Shown here one piece after another: positions 1 through 10,280 of a DNA stretch of 64,000 nt. The DNA is from Gammaproteobacteria bacterium (GTDB taxonomy: Bacteria > Pseudomonadota > Gammaproteobacteria > Eutrophobiales > Eutrophobiaceae): the NCBI GenBank assembly GCA_965238225.1, contig OZ250183.1, positions 32,001 through 96,000 of the forward strand. The letters run 5' to 3'. The notes under the pieces are model-generated. The model made no database searches, had not been told where the DNA came from, and saw only the letters and a program-made list of their open reading frames with translations. Made by a program: the position numbers and the translations under genes. How positions within the stretch are numbered: the first letter of the stretch is position 1; every line of letters begins with the position of its first letter.

Positions 1-822
1 TCCTGTGTGGAGATAAGGTCTGGCGATCACCTGCTGGTTTGTGATGCCGGAACTGGCATCATCCCGCTCGGCAACAAATTGATGCAGCAGGATAAAATCC
101 GAGAAATGCTTATAATACTGACGCATTACCACTGGGATCATATCTGCGGTCTGCCTTTTTTCGTGCCTGCCTTCATGGCTGACTGGGAAATCAATTTTTT
201 TGGGCCTGGTGACAGTCCTAAGTCGATAGAAAAATATGTCTCTGCACAAATGCACGCACCTCATTCTCCTGTTAGCGTAGAAACTTGGCTGGCAAAAACA
301 AATTATCTCATGCCAAAAAATAATGGTCTCCAACATGGGCCTATGAAAATTCATTTCTCAAATGTACATCACCCAGGCATTACTTATGGATACAGAATTG
401 AAGTCAATGACAAAACTATTATCTACGCATCTGATAATGAATGCATGTTTATTGAAAAATCGATCAAACATAGAGCTGATGAATTTAACAAAGAAGAACT
501 TGAGCTATTGAAAGAAATGACTCATGAGGAACATCAATCGGAATTAAGCCTTATTCAGGATGCAGACATCCTTATCCATGATGCTCAATACACACCTAGT
601 GATTATGATAAAAAACGCGGATGGGGACATTCCTGCTACATTGATACAGTCAATATGGCAATTGATGCCAATGTTAAAGAACTTTACCTATTTCATTATG
701 ATCCAAATTATGATGATGCTGCTATGGAAACAATACTCAAACATTCAAATGAAATCATCAAAGAAAAAGGTGCTGCACTTATCTGCCATCTTGCTAAGGA
801 AGGTATGGTTATAGATATTTGA
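1..822 (+). CDS. MBL-fold metallo-hydrolase (5'-truncated by window edge)
   Basis: THYHWDH metal motif, DAGTG, HHPG, GWGHS and FHYDP; the frame is open from base 1 (SCVEIR...), so the true start lies upstream. Confidence 0.85.
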   Translation, partial: SCVEIRSGDHLLVCDAGTGIIPLGNKLMQQDKIREMLIILTHYHWDHICGLPFFVPAFMADWEINFFGPGDSPKSIEKYVSAQMHAPHSPVSVETWLAKTNYLMPKNNGLQHGPMKIHFSNVHHPGITYGYRIEVNDKTIIYASDNECMFIEKSIKHRADEFNKEELELLKEMTHEEHQSELSLIQDADILIHDAQYTPSDYDKKRGWGHSCYIDTVNMAIDANVKELYLFHYDPNYDDAAMETILKHSNEIIKEKGAALICHLAKEGMVIDI

Positions 823-870
823 ATTTTATTTTTCTCTGTATAGGCACTGTATCAATCGCTATTAGTCATC

Positions 871-1068
871 ATGCAAATAACCCTCAACAGTAAATCAATT
901 GTACTTGATGAGCAGATGAATATTGTCCAGCTACTTTCCCTGCTGACAATTTCAGGCCACCTTGCCGTAGAAGTCAATCAGCAAATCATCCCTCGTAGTT
1001 TATTTTCCACTTACGAAATAGAGTCAGGTGACACTATAGAAATTGTTGAAGCAATCGGTGGTGGCTAA
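871..1068 (+). CDS. thiS: Sulfur carrier protein ThiS
   Basis: 65 aa, C-terminal GGG, AVEVN..IIPRS; overlaps the thiG start. Confidence 0.95.
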   Translation: MQITLNSKSIVLDEQMNIVQLLSLLTISGHLAVEVNQQIIPRSLFSTYEIESGDTIEIVEAIGGG

Positions 1069-1868
1069 TGTCGGTTGACAAAAAAAGCCCTGACGATCCA
1101 ATAGTCATCGCTGGGCAGGCATATACATCACGGTTACTACTCGGCACGGGTAAATATAAGGATATGGATGAAACTCGACTTGTCATTGAAGCAAGCGAAT
1201 CACAAATTATTACTGTTGCTATCCGTAGAAGCAATATTGGTCAAACCCTAGGTGAACCAAATTTATTAGACGTCATCTGTCCGGATAAATATACCATCTT
1301 GCCAAATACAGCTGGCTGCTACGACGCTGACTCGGCCATACGAACTTGCTTGCTTGCTCGCGAATTACTTGACGGCCATCAACTCGTTAAACTTGAAGTG
1401 CTTGGAAATGAAAAAACACTTTTCCCTGATATTCCAGCAACGATCATTGCTGCAGAAACACTTATAAAAAAGGATTTTGACGTCATGGTTTACACCAATG
1501 ACGATCCTATTATGGCCAAACGATTTGAGGAAATGGGCTGCGTTGCCGTCATGCCGCTGGCTGCGCCTATCGGATCAGGCCTTGGTATTAGAAATCCGTA
1601 CAATATAAAAATAATAATAGAAAATGCGTCTATACCAATTATCGTAGATGCTGGTGTTGGCACAGCTTCTGATGCTGCGATTGCCATGGAGCTGGGTTGC
1701 GACGGCGTTTTAATGAACACGGCTGTTGCCGAAGCCAAAAACCCTGTCTTGATGGCAAGCGCGATGAAAAAAGGAATTGCGTCCGGTCGTGAAGCATTCC
1801 TCGCAGGTCGTATGCCGCGCCGCGCATATGCTAGCGCATCATCTCCCATTGACGATACATTTTTCTGA
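1068..1868 (+). CDS. thiG: Thiazole synthase
   Basis: [38 protein letters not shown]. Confidence 0.97.
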   Translation: MSVDKKSPDDPIVIAGQAYTSRLLLGTGKYKDMDETRLVIEASESQIITVAIRRSNIGQTLGEPNLLDVICPDKYTILPNTAGCYDADSAIRTCLLARELLDGHQLVKLEVLGNEKTLFPDIPATIIAAETLIKKDFDVMVYTNDDPIMAKRFEEMGCVAVMPLAAPIGSGLGIRNPYNIKIIIENASIPIIVDAGVGTASDAAIAMELGCDGVLMNTAVAEAKNPVLMASAMKKGIASGREAFLAGRMPRRAYASASSPIDDTFF

Positions 1869-1907
1869 CTCATCAACTAGTCCCGCTATTCGTAACACTA
1901 CGCTGTA

Positions 1908-2600
1908 ATGTCACCAGATTCAAACCAACGCCCGCCAATACGTAGTTTTGTTTTGCGTAACGGGCGCATGACATCAGCACAAAAAGATGCGCTTGCAACA
2001 TCATGGCTTAATCACGGTATTGACTTTAGCAATATACCTTTAAATCTTAATAAGATATTTACAAGGCATGCGCCAAAAATATTAGAAATCGGTAGCGGAA
2101 TGGGAGATGCCACCGTGCAAATGGCAAAGTCTCACAAAGAAAACGACTATCTGGCTATAGAGGTGCATCATCCTGGTATCGGCAGCCTCATGCGACAAAT
2201 TGAAAAAAATAAACTTTCAAATATTCGAATCATATCCCATGACATTATCGACATATTAAAATATCAACTGCCTGAAAATAGCATTGATTGCGTTTATATA
2301 TTTTTCCCCGATCCTTGGCCAAAGAAAAAACATCATAAAAGACGTTTAATAAATTCATCGTTCTTGACTTTAATGAAAACTGTTCTAAAAAATCATGGTC
2401 GCCTTTTTATTGCGACTGACTGGGAAAATTACGCAAAACAGATCATTAAATTAATTGATAATGAATTAAAAATCATAAATCTGGCTGGCGAGAATCAGTA
2501 TTCACCTCGCCCACGATGGCGACCCATGACAAAGTTTGAAAAGCGGGGTTTAAATAAAGGGCATCAAGTATTTGATTTTGCACTTGCTTTTAAGCATTAA
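1908..2600 (+). CDS. trmB: tRNA (guanine-N7)-methyltransferase
   Basis: IRSFVLRNGR, LEIGSGMG, FFPDPWPKKKHHKRR, ATDWENYA, TKFE. Confidence 0.96.
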   Translation: MSPDSNQRPPIRSFVLRNGRMTSAQKDALATSWLNHGIDFSNIPLNLNKIFTRHAPKILEIGSGMGDATVQMAKSHKENDYLAIEVHHPGIGSLMRQIEKNKLSNIRIISHDIIDILKYQLPENSIDCVYIFFPDPWPKKKHHKRRLINSSFLTLMKTVLKNHGRLFIATDWENYAKQIIKLIDNELKIINLAGENQYSPRPRWRPMTKFEKRGLNKGHQVFDFALAFKH

Positions 2601-3258
2601 TATACTCAGCAGAAAACAATTCCCTGAAATTACCAATATGAGGAAAGTCCGTTGATGTTCGTGCCGACACATGACTATCTGGTTTGGCAATGCTCAATAA
2701 ATGGCGAACTCCATATCTTTGCGCAGCAAGTAATACCATTGGATTATCATCGATAAATAAAGACTTCTCTTGGTTGAATTGAACAGTATTTGCGAGCAAT
2801 TCCCAAAATTCATTATGTTCTTTTGGGCTGCCTAATGTATGAGCTGAAATAATATGATCAAAATATTTTCTAAGTCTTGTTTTTTTAAGTTTTACATCAA
2901 GAATTTTTTCATGTGCATTAGTTAACAGTACAACTTCTTTACCCATTTTATTCAACTTGAATAATAATTCTTCTGCATGAGGTCTTGTTTTTATTAAATA
3001 TGCAACATCGTATTTAAGTCTGAAAACATCCAAACCCAGCTCACTAGACCAATAATCCAGGCAGTACCATGCCAGCGTCCCTTCCACGGCTTTAAATTTT
3101 GGAATCAATGTTTCTTTCGCAGTGTCAATATCCATGCCGTTTGCTTCGCCCCAGCATTTTGGCAGGTATTCTTGCCAGAAATAATTATCAAAATGGAGAT
3201 CGAGCAAAGTGCCATCCATATCCAGCATCACAGTCTCAATCTCATTCCAGTTAATCAT
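2590..3258 (-). CDS. yrfG: GMP/IMP nucleotidase (HAD family)
   Basis: LDMDGTLLDLHFDNYFW, WYCLDYWS, FIDD. Confidence 0.9.
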   Translation of the reverse strand: MINWNEIETVMLDMDGTLLDLHFDNYFWQEYLPKCWGEANGMDIDTAKETLIPKFKAVEGTLAWYCLDYWSSELGLDVFRLKYDVAYLIKTRPHAEELLFKLNKMGKEVVLLTNAHEKILDVKLKKTRLRKYFDHIISAHTLGSPKEHNEFWELLANTVQFNQEKSLFIDDNPMVLLAAQRYGVRHLLSIAKPDSHVSARTSTDFPHIGNFRELFSAEYINA

Positions 3259-3349
3259 TATAAGGTATATATCAATCGGTATTAAATTGGAGAAAATAAT
3301 TATATATTGACGGAGATAGAATGAATTACTTCTATCAAAAGACTACGTA

Positions 3350-3712
3350 CTAAAGAAACAAGACACATCCCCATACAAGCACTGCATTAAACAATGCCAT
3401 CAACACTGCCGCTGAGGCAATATCTTTTGCCCGACCTGACAGATCATGTTGTTCTCCTCCAAATCTGTCTACAACTGCTTCCATGCTTGAATTAACCAAC
3501 TCAGTAACCAACACCAGAAGAATAACGCTCACAAGTAGAGCGATTTCTATGCCAGTTTCTCCGAGATAAAAGCTAAGTGGGATAAGGGTGGCGGAAAGAT
3601 AAATTTCCTGTCTAAATGACGCTTCATTTTTAAACGCAGAAGATAAACCTTGCATTGAAAAAACAACTGCCTTGAACAATCGTTGAAGGCCAACTGTGCC
3701 TTGTGAAGATAT
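3350..3712 (-). CDS. dgkA: Diacylglycerol kinase; start uncertain (TTG at 3679 or ATA at 3712)
   Basis: EASFRQE, ELVNSSMEAVVDR, RAKDIASAAV; homology-like N-terminus extends upstream of the ORF-track start. Confidence 0.9.
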   Translation of the reverse strand: MSSQGTVGLQRLFKAVVFSMQGLSSAFKNEASFRQEIYLSATLIPLSFYLGETGIEIALLVSVILLVLVTELVNSSMEAVVDRFGGEQHDLSGRAKDIASAAVLMALFNAVLVWGCVLFL

Positions 3713-3745
3713 TGTGTCGTCCCTTTGAAGTGCTGTGTTTAATTC

Positions 3746-4243
3746 TTACAATAAAGCTAAGGCAGCATTGTAGTTTGGTTCATCTTCGATTTCGCTTACT
3801 AGCTCTGTATGTATCACCTTGTCATCTTCATCTATGACAACAATAGCACGTGCAGTAATCCCTGCTAATGGACCATTTTCTATTAGCACACCATAGTCTT
3901 TTGCAAATTTACGTGAGCGCATCATCGAAAGTGGTATAACATTCTTAGTGCCTGCTTCTGAACAGAAACGCGACATAGCAAAGGGAAGATCTCCAGAAAT
4001 CATCAAAAAAACAGTATCTTTTCTACTTGCAGCAGAATCATTAAAATTTTTTGTAGATAATGCGCAGGTTGGTGTGTCAAGGCTCGGCACAATATTCAGC
4101 AATTTCTTTTTACCACTGTAGTTTTCTAGGCCAACGTCAACAAGCTCACTATTAACCAGCGAAAAAGCGGGCGCGGGTTCGCCAACTGCTGGTAAATTAC
4201 CATTGGTGATTATGTCATTTCCATGCAAAGTTATGTTAGCCAT
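3746..4243 (-). CDS. tpx: Thiol peroxidase Tpx
   Basis: NIVPSLDTPTC, DLPFAMSRFC, EPNY. Confidence 0.96.
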   Translation of the reverse strand: MANITLHGNDIITNGNLPAVGEPAPAFSLVNSELVDVGLENYSGKKKLLNIVPSLDTPTCALSTKNFNDSAASRKDTVFLMISGDLPFAMSRFCSEAGTKNVIPLSMMRSRKFAKDYGVLIENGPLAGITARAIVVIDEDDKVIHTELVSEIEDEPNYNAALALL

Positions 4244-4317
4244 TTCAGTTTCCTCTATCCTCTAAAAAATAATTCTAATGATATTGTACGCATATAACGG
4301 CTTTGAGATCATCTGTT

Positions 4318-5064
4318 TTATCTGTATTTGAGCCACATCCAAGCACCACTCATGGCCAGCAATAAGAATAATACTGCCATAAAATCAACCAGTAATACAC
4401 CAGCCTGTCCCAATATCCTGCCGCTATGAACGTCCAGAATGATTCTTTCTGCAGGCAAACCCTTGCCACGATAAAGTATCAAAAGCGCGTCGTATAAATC
4501 CTTTGGTACTTCTCCAGAACCAGACCAATTGACGAAAATCTCATTATCTTCTTGCCATTTAAGCGCATCAATATCAACTAGATAATTTCCATGCGCTGCA
4601 CCTATCACTACATCTTCCTGTGCAGATAAACCAATCGCTTTTAACTTTACAGGGACACCATCTTTTGCTGATATTCTTTCAATAATCTCGCCAGATGAAG
4701 TCAGAATTAACAAGCTTTCACTAAGCGCAACAACAAAGCCATCGCTAATACTTACAACACCATATAATCTTCCAATAGGTCTGAAAAGCTCCGTCCTATC
4801 AAAATATAAACGACTGTCGATTTGAGTAAGCCAATGCTTGCCTGCCCTAAAACCTTTTATATGACTCTCAGGCCGAATATGATACCAAGCAAGAAGTTTC
4901 TCATTTTTAACAAAAATATTTTGCAAATTTAGTTTATCCGTGTGATTTAAGAGGAGACCGGTAATAACCAATAATATAACAAAAACTGCACTAGTAATTC
5001 CGAGCCTTCTGTGCCATTTATGAATGAATCTCCGCATTATATTTTCACCATAACTGCCGAGCAT
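4318..5064 (-). CDS. PepSY-associated TM-helix membrane protein
   Basis: N-terminal HKWHRRLG..ITGLLLNH helix and C-terminal LDVHSGRILG + TM helix, with conserved His. Confidence 0.8.
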   Translation of the reverse strand: MLGSYGENIMRRFIHKWHRRLGITSAVFVILLVITGLLLNHTDKLNLQNIFVKNEKLLAWYHIRPESHIKGFRAGKHWLTQIDSRLYFDRTELFRPIGRLYGVVSISDGFVVALSESLLILTSSGEIIERISAKDGVPVKLKAIGLSAQEDVVIGAAHGNYLVDIDALKWQEDNEIFVNWSGSGEVPKDLYDALLILYRGKGLPAERIILDVHSGRILGQAGVLLVDFMAVLFLLLAMSGAWMWLKYR

Positions 5065-5076
5065 GATTCATAATAA

Positions 5077-5612
5077 TTATTTTCCCGAGCCTTCAGTTTC
5101 TTGATGCAATAATAAAGCAAGCCGAGCCATTTTTTTCATGGCATTTACAGAAAGTGTGGCGCCTGATATCCCATCAATATGCCTATCAAGCATATTATTT
5201 TCTTTTAATGATGCTGCGCTAAACTGATCGGTGAAAAATGGATAGCGAACCTCCCATCCTCTGCTTTCTCGAAATGACAGAACTTTTACACTTTCAATTT
5301 TATTCTCACGGACTACTATACCTGCGGTAATTAATTTTTCCTTACCAATCTCTTCAAGTATCCATGCGCTTCGCTGATCTAGCTTCCAGTATTTTATCCT
5401 TAAAATATTGAGATCGTGCCCTATAATTTCACGTATCTTTTTTTTAGATCTTTTTTAATCCAGATCTTACTAATCTTAGGAACATCGCCAGAGAATACTT
5501 CCTGAATAAAATCAGATGGTGCTTGATAATTACCCGTTGCATTAATGCAAAAAGTCACGCTTAACATCATACACATCACAAGAACCTGCATATAATATTT
5601 TTTTATAATCAT
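5077..5612 (-). pseudogene. Exported FMN-binding (flavinylated) protein, split by a -1 frameshift at an A8 run (5438-5445)
   Basis: Signal peptide in ORF 5421..5612; adding one A gives DLKKKIREIIGH...WILEEIGKEKLIT...FRESRGWEVRYPFFTDQF...IDGISGATLSVNAM...GK*, including the DGISGAT flavinylation motif. Confidence 0.85.
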
Positions 5613-5655
5613 GATATGTATGTTATCTTAAATTTACCAAAGCATTTAACTTGAA

Positions 5656-6993
5656 CTAGAATTCATACCCAAGACCAAGGTTAATACCATCTCTAATAGC
5701 GGCAGCGCTACTTTTACCGCTTTCATTTTGATAATCAAATTTGAATACGACACTTGTATGTGGCCACCAATTCATACCAATGTTCCAGCTATCAAATCCA
5801 ACAAAGGTTCCATTCGGCACATTCCCCTGACCTCGCGCATCCCATTGTGCGTAACGTATAAATACGCCCAATTCGCCAGGGATACCGCCTAGAGCATCAA
5901 AGCGGTATGCTGGCTCAATATACCAGCCATCTAAACTGTCTTGAGCAAAGTTAATACCTGTTGATACATCAATATCCCATCTAGCATATAGCGCACGCAA
6001 AGCAAAGCCAGTCGCATGTTTATAGTCAACATGGCCTTCAAATAAAGTTGCATCAACATCAAAAACATCTGCTGTGCCGGTCATGTCTGACTGATACTGC
6101 CCTGATAAACCAACTTCTAAACCAGGCATACCGGTGTATCGAATGCGACCCGTATACGCAATGTCCTGATTATCAGCTACAGCTACTTTTGTTCTTCCGC
6201 TTCTTGGTCTTAGTGTAGAAGAACCAGTCGTTGGGCTTACCAAGCCACCGTGAACAACAAGGTCGTAATTCCATCCTGGCATTATTTCTCCACTTAGGCC
6301 AACACCTGCCTCCCACCACGTTGCTGGAATAATCTCAGCTTCAACTTTGTTTCTTTCAACACCATAAAATGTACTTGGTTCATGAATAACGCCAGTGATG
6401 CCGATAGGTAAAACATCAATGCCTGCTCGCAAGCGATGATGATCATTTATATCCATTTCAATCCAAGCTTGTTCGAGCTCAACCTTACCGGAGCTGCCTT
6501 CGCCTGCCACTGCATGTTCTAGTTCAAATTCTGAAGAAAACCGGATGTTGTCAGTGAATTCATGACCGAAATATAAAATAAATCGGTGAAAATCAACCCT
6601 ATCAAGGGCATCGTCACCGCCTACTGTGTTGTTGTTATCACGTAGATTGTTGTAATGTAGTTCGCCATAGCCACCCACACTGGTTCTATTAAACCACGAT
6701 GAACCGCTTACCGATGTACGTGCAGTTTCAAATGCTTCTGCTGCTGCCTCAATTTCTTTAGCAGTTTCTACAGTTTTTTCCCTGTTCGCGGTGACACGTT
6801 TATCCGTAGCATCTAACACAGCCTTAAGTTCGTCTATCAATATTTGTTGTTGTTGTATGATTTCCCACATTTCCTCAACTGAGGGTGGCTTGGCAAAACT
6901 ATTTTGAGCTATTGTTGAAATGCATAAGATAAGAACACTCATGCTTGTCTTTAATATATTGCTTGTTTTAAAGATTTTCTTAACTTTGAACAT
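5656..6993 (-). CDS. Outer-membrane porin (OprO/P-like) with N-terminal coiled coil
   Basis: Signal peptide, coiled coil, GGYGELHYNN, DFHRFILYFGHEF, EFELEH, C-terminal LGYEF. Confidence 0.85.
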   Translation of the reverse strand: MFKVKKIFKTSNILKTSMSVLILCISTIAQNSFAKPPSVEEMWEIIQQQQILIDELKAVLDATDKRVTANREKTVETAKEIEAAAEAFETARTSVSGSSWFNRTSVGGYGELHYNNLRDNNNTVGGDDALDRVDFHRFILYFGHEFTDNIRFSSEFELEHAVAGEGSSGKVELEQAWIEMDINDHHRLRAGIDVLPIGITGVIHEPSTFYGVERNKVEAEIIPATWWEAGVGLSGEIMPGWNYDLVVHGGLVSPTTGSSTLRPRSGRTKVAVADNQDIAYTGRIRYTGMPGLEVGLSGQYQSDMTGTADVFDVDATLFEGHVDYKHATGFALRALYARWDIDVSTGINFAQDSLDGWYIEPAYRFDALGGIPGELGVFIRYAQWDARGQGNVPNGTFVGFDSWNIGMNWWPHTSVVFKFDYQNESGKSSAAAIRDGINLGLGYEF

Positions 6994-7105
6994 AAATACT
7001 TAAACATTGCATATTGATAACTTCCCAGTCTATGTTTTAGTTTTATTGCAGGTTTGCTAACGATACATGGCGATACAGAGTCATAATACAGCTCGTGCAC
7101 AAACT

Positions 7106-7126
7106 CATATTCCAATTTGGAATATG
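7106..7126. promoter_or_regulatory. Perfect 10-1-10 inverted repeat, candidate operator
   Basis: CATATTCCAA-T-TTGGAATATG, 113 bp upstream of the porin start. Confidence 0.55.
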
Positions 7127-7131
7127 TAAAT

Positions 7132-7150
7132 AATAATCTTTCTCATTATA
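7132..7150 (-). promoter_or_regulatory. Fur box upstream of the porin operon
   Basis: TATAATGAGAAAGATTATT on the minus strand, 14/19 match to GATAATGATAATCATTATC. Confidence 0.7.
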
Positions 7151-7470
7151 AATATCAATCATTTTAATTGAAAAGGCATTAAATATTCTATCTTACTGAT
7201 TTTTATGGCTTTTGAAGCTTGATAGTCATGTTGATGGCTAAAGTTGATTTGGGCAAGAACAGTACAGCTGCAAGGTTGACTGTATCATTATTGTTTTATT
7301 GCAAGAGCATTTACAAATATGGATGATCAATACGAGGCTCTCTGTATGGCAATCTTTAAGGCGTAGAAATTTTTTACTTATAGGCGCTATTTTTTTATAA
7401 TCTGACATTCCTTGATGACGATATTCTTTAAAATTACCTAACTATTTTAGTCCCTAATGATATTAATTTA

Positions 7471-9522
7471 ATGAACAATCCATTACTTTACACTGATGGC
7501 TTACCACTTTTTTCTTCTATTCTTCCAGCAGATATAGAGCCAGCGATAGATCAGTTATTAAAAGACGGTCGCGCTGAAATTCAATCTCTATTAAATAATA
7601 ATCAAGCAACGAGCTGGAAAAATACACTACAGCCGATAGAGAATCTTAATGATCGATTAAATCGTGCTTGGTCACAAGCAAGTCATTTACATTCTGTTGC
7701 GGACAATGATGAATTGCGACAAGCCCACAATACTTGCTTACCCAAGCTATCAGACTATGCAACAGAGATGGGACAAAACAAAGATTTGTATCTGGCATAT
7801 AAATCAGTCTCAGAAAGCGAAGACTATGCCTCGCTGGACGATGCGCAAAAGAAAATAATAGAAAATGCATTGCGAGAATTCAAATTTTCTGGTGTCGAGT
7901 TAGACGATAATAAACAACAGGAATTTAAGAAAATAAAACAACAACTCTCTTTGCTGCAAACAAAATTTGAAGAAAACCTGTTGGACGCAACACAAACCTG
8001 GACAAAGCATGTGACAGATAAAAATGACCTAAGTGGAATACCTGAATCCGCCATGGCACTGGCCGCACAAAAAGCCGCCAGTGAGAACAAAAAAGGCTGG
8101 ATATTTGCTCTGGAACTCCCCTCCTATATGCCTGTCATGAAATACGCCGACAATTCTGCTTTACGCAAAGAGATGTATGTCTCTTATATCACACGCGCCT
8201 CGGACAAGATGCCGATTTCTAATACGAAAAAAAGGCAATGGGACAATTCAAAGATCATGAATGAAATCCTAGCCTTACGCCATCGACAGGCACTGCTGCT
8301 CGGCTATGCAAGTTATGCGCATTATTCCCTTGCCAAAAAGATGGCTAACGATACAAACGAAGTGCTGGATTTTCTTAATGATTTAGCTTCGCGGTCTAAA
8401 AGTATGGCAGAACAAGAATTGAAAGCGCTGCAAGAATTCGCAAAATTAGAATTCAATCTAGACACATTAGAAGACTGGGACATAACTTATTATTCTGAAA
8501 AATTCAGACACCATAAATACACCCTTTCGCAGGAAGAATTGCGGCCTTACTTTCCTGTAACCCAAGTGATTGATGGATTATTTGCTATTGTTAATCTTCT
8601 CTATGGTATTGATGTGAAAGAAAAGAAAGCTATTCAAGTATGGCATAAAGATGTTCGTTTTTTTGATATCTACGACAACACAGGGTCTTTACGCGGGGGC
8701 TTCTATCTCGACCTTTACGCACGCACAGATAAGCGTGGAGGTGCTTGGATGGATGAGTGTATTTCTCGGAAAAAATCCAGTTCTGAAATACAAAATCCCA
8801 TAGCCTACATCACCTGTAACTTCACCCCGCTTGTGGAAAATGATCCTGCATTACTTACTCATGATGAAGTTATTACCCTATTTCATGAATTTGGTCATGG
8901 TCTACATCACATGCTAACACTGGTTAATTATCCTAGTGTCTCCGGTATTAATGGCGTTGCTTGGGATGCGGTTGAACTTCCAAGTCAGTTTATGGAAAAC
9001 TGGTGCTGGGAACGTCAGGCTTTAGACCTTGTCGCCAGACATTATCAAACCGGCGACTTAATCAACGATGACATTTTTAATAAAATGATCGCAGCCAGAA
9101 ATTTTCAAACTGGGATGCGAATGGTAAGACAGCTCGAATTTTCCATTTTCGACTTCAGGCTCCATCTGGAATATGACAGTAAATCACCGCGATATATTCA
9201 ATCTATGTTGGATGATGTGCGTGAACAAGTCGCGGTTGTGTTTCCTTCCGACTACAATCGGTTTCAACACAGCTTTTCACATATATTCGCAGGCGGCTAC
9301 GCAGCGGGGTATTATAGCTATAAGTGGGCAGAAGTGCTGTCAGCGGATGCCTTTGCAAAATTTGAAGAAAACGGGATTTTTAACAAAAATACTGGTAATG
9401 AATTTTTGCATTCGATATTGGAACAAGGCGGTGTGAAAGAACCTATGGAACTTTTTATCAACTTCAGGGGTCGTAAGCCAAACATTGATGCTTTATTGAA
9501 GCATTCAGGAATTAATACATAA
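7471..9522 (+). CDS. prlC: Oligopeptidase A (M3)
   Basis: MNNPLL start, FHEFGHGLHH zinc motif, WDAVELPSQFMENW, GYYSYKWAE. Confidence 0.96.
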   Translation: MNNPLLYTDGLPLFSSILPADIEPAIDQLLKDGRAEIQSLLNNNQATSWKNTLQPIENLNDRLNRAWSQASHLHSVADNDELRQAHNTCLPKLSDYATEMGQNKDLYLAYKSVSESEDYASLDDAQKKIIENALREFKFSGVELDDNKQQEFKKIKQQLSLLQTKFEENLLDATQTWTKHVTDKNDLSGIPESAMALAAQKAASENKKGWIFALELPSYMPVMKYADNSALRKEMYVSYITRASDKMPISNTKKRQWDNSKIMNEILALRHRQALLLGYASYAHYSLAKKMANDTNEVLDFLNDLASRSKSMAEQELKALQEFAKLEFNLDTLEDWDITYYSEKFRHHKYTLSQEELRPYFPVTQVIDGLFAIVNLLYGIDVKEKKAIQVWHKDVRFFDIYDNTGSLRGGFYLDLYARTDKRGGAWMDECISRKKSSSEIQNPIAYITCNFTPLVENDPALLTHDEVITLFHEFGHGLHHMLTLVNYPSVSGINGVAWDAVELPSQFMENWCWERQALDLVARHYQTGDLINDDIFNKMIAARNFQTGMRMVRQLEFSIFDFRLHLEYDSKSPRYIQSMLDDVREQVAVVFPSDYNRFQHSFSHIFAGGYAAGYYSYKWAEVLSADAFAKFEENGIFNKNTGNEFLHSILEQGGVKEPMELFINFRGRKPNIDALLKHSGINT

Positions 9523-9553
9523 TTATCAGATAGATTTAACTGGAAATTAAAAT

Positions 9554-10228
9554 ATGAAGTTTCCCTTTTCAATTGCTCACAATATAGCCTACAGGTGCAT
9601 TGTCTTAATGTTTGTTCTGTTTGGCCTCTTTCTTGTCAATGTACAGGCGAAAACTGTCTATATAACAGACAGTCTGTTTATCGGGCTACATAAAGGGCGA
9701 TCCATAGACAGTGAAATTTTAAAGGTTCTCCCCACAGGAACCGCTTTAGAAGTCATTAAACGTGATGGTAATTTTGTAAATGTACGTGATACAGAAGGAA
9801 CCACTGGTTGGATCAACAATTATCATATCATAAGCCATGATCCAAAAAAAAATATGAGTCTGAATAAAAGCTCTGAGCAATCGAAAATTAAGGAACTAAA
9901 AGCCCAATTAAAAAACATAAAGACACAATGGCAAAAATCTGATACGCAGCCAATCACAGATCCAGAAGAAACAAACAGATTAAAAAATGATAACAAAAGC
10001 CTTGAAAATAGCGTTAAACAGCTTACAGAAACTAACGCCCAAATGAAAAATGAGATAAGCATTTTACAAAAAACCAATAAAACAAACGGAGCTGATACAG
10101 ATATTTACAAACTACCCTATGCAGTGATTTTTTCAGTAATTTCACTACTGCTTTTGCTTGGTTTTCTATTTGGCATCATCTTCATAAACTGGCGCAGAAA
10201 ACGCCGTTATAGCGGACTCAGATTTTAA
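9554..10228 (+). CDS. SH3-domain membrane protein (TIGR04211/YgiM-like)
   Basis: Signal peptide, YITDSL...GW SH3b domain, coiled coil, C-terminal TM followed by RRKRR. Confidence 0.8.
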   Translation: MKFPFSIAHNIAYRCIVLMFVLFGLFLVNVQAKTVYITDSLFIGLHKGRSIDSEILKVLPTGTALEVIKRDGNFVNVRDTEGTTGWINNYHIISHDPKKNMSLNKSSEQSKIKELKAQLKNIKTQWQKSDTQPITDPEETNRLKNDNKSLENSVKQLTETNAQMKNEISILQKTNKTNGADTDIYKLPYAVIFSVISLLLLLGFLFGIIFINWRRKRRYSGLRF

Positions 10229-10280
10229 ATCTTCGCATGCTGCAATCATAAATCAATATTGACCAATGGTTTAAATCAGC

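Noticed and set aside
823-870. TPP riboswitch upstream of thiS
   Set aside because: The gap is only 48 bp and has no recognisable aptamer core.
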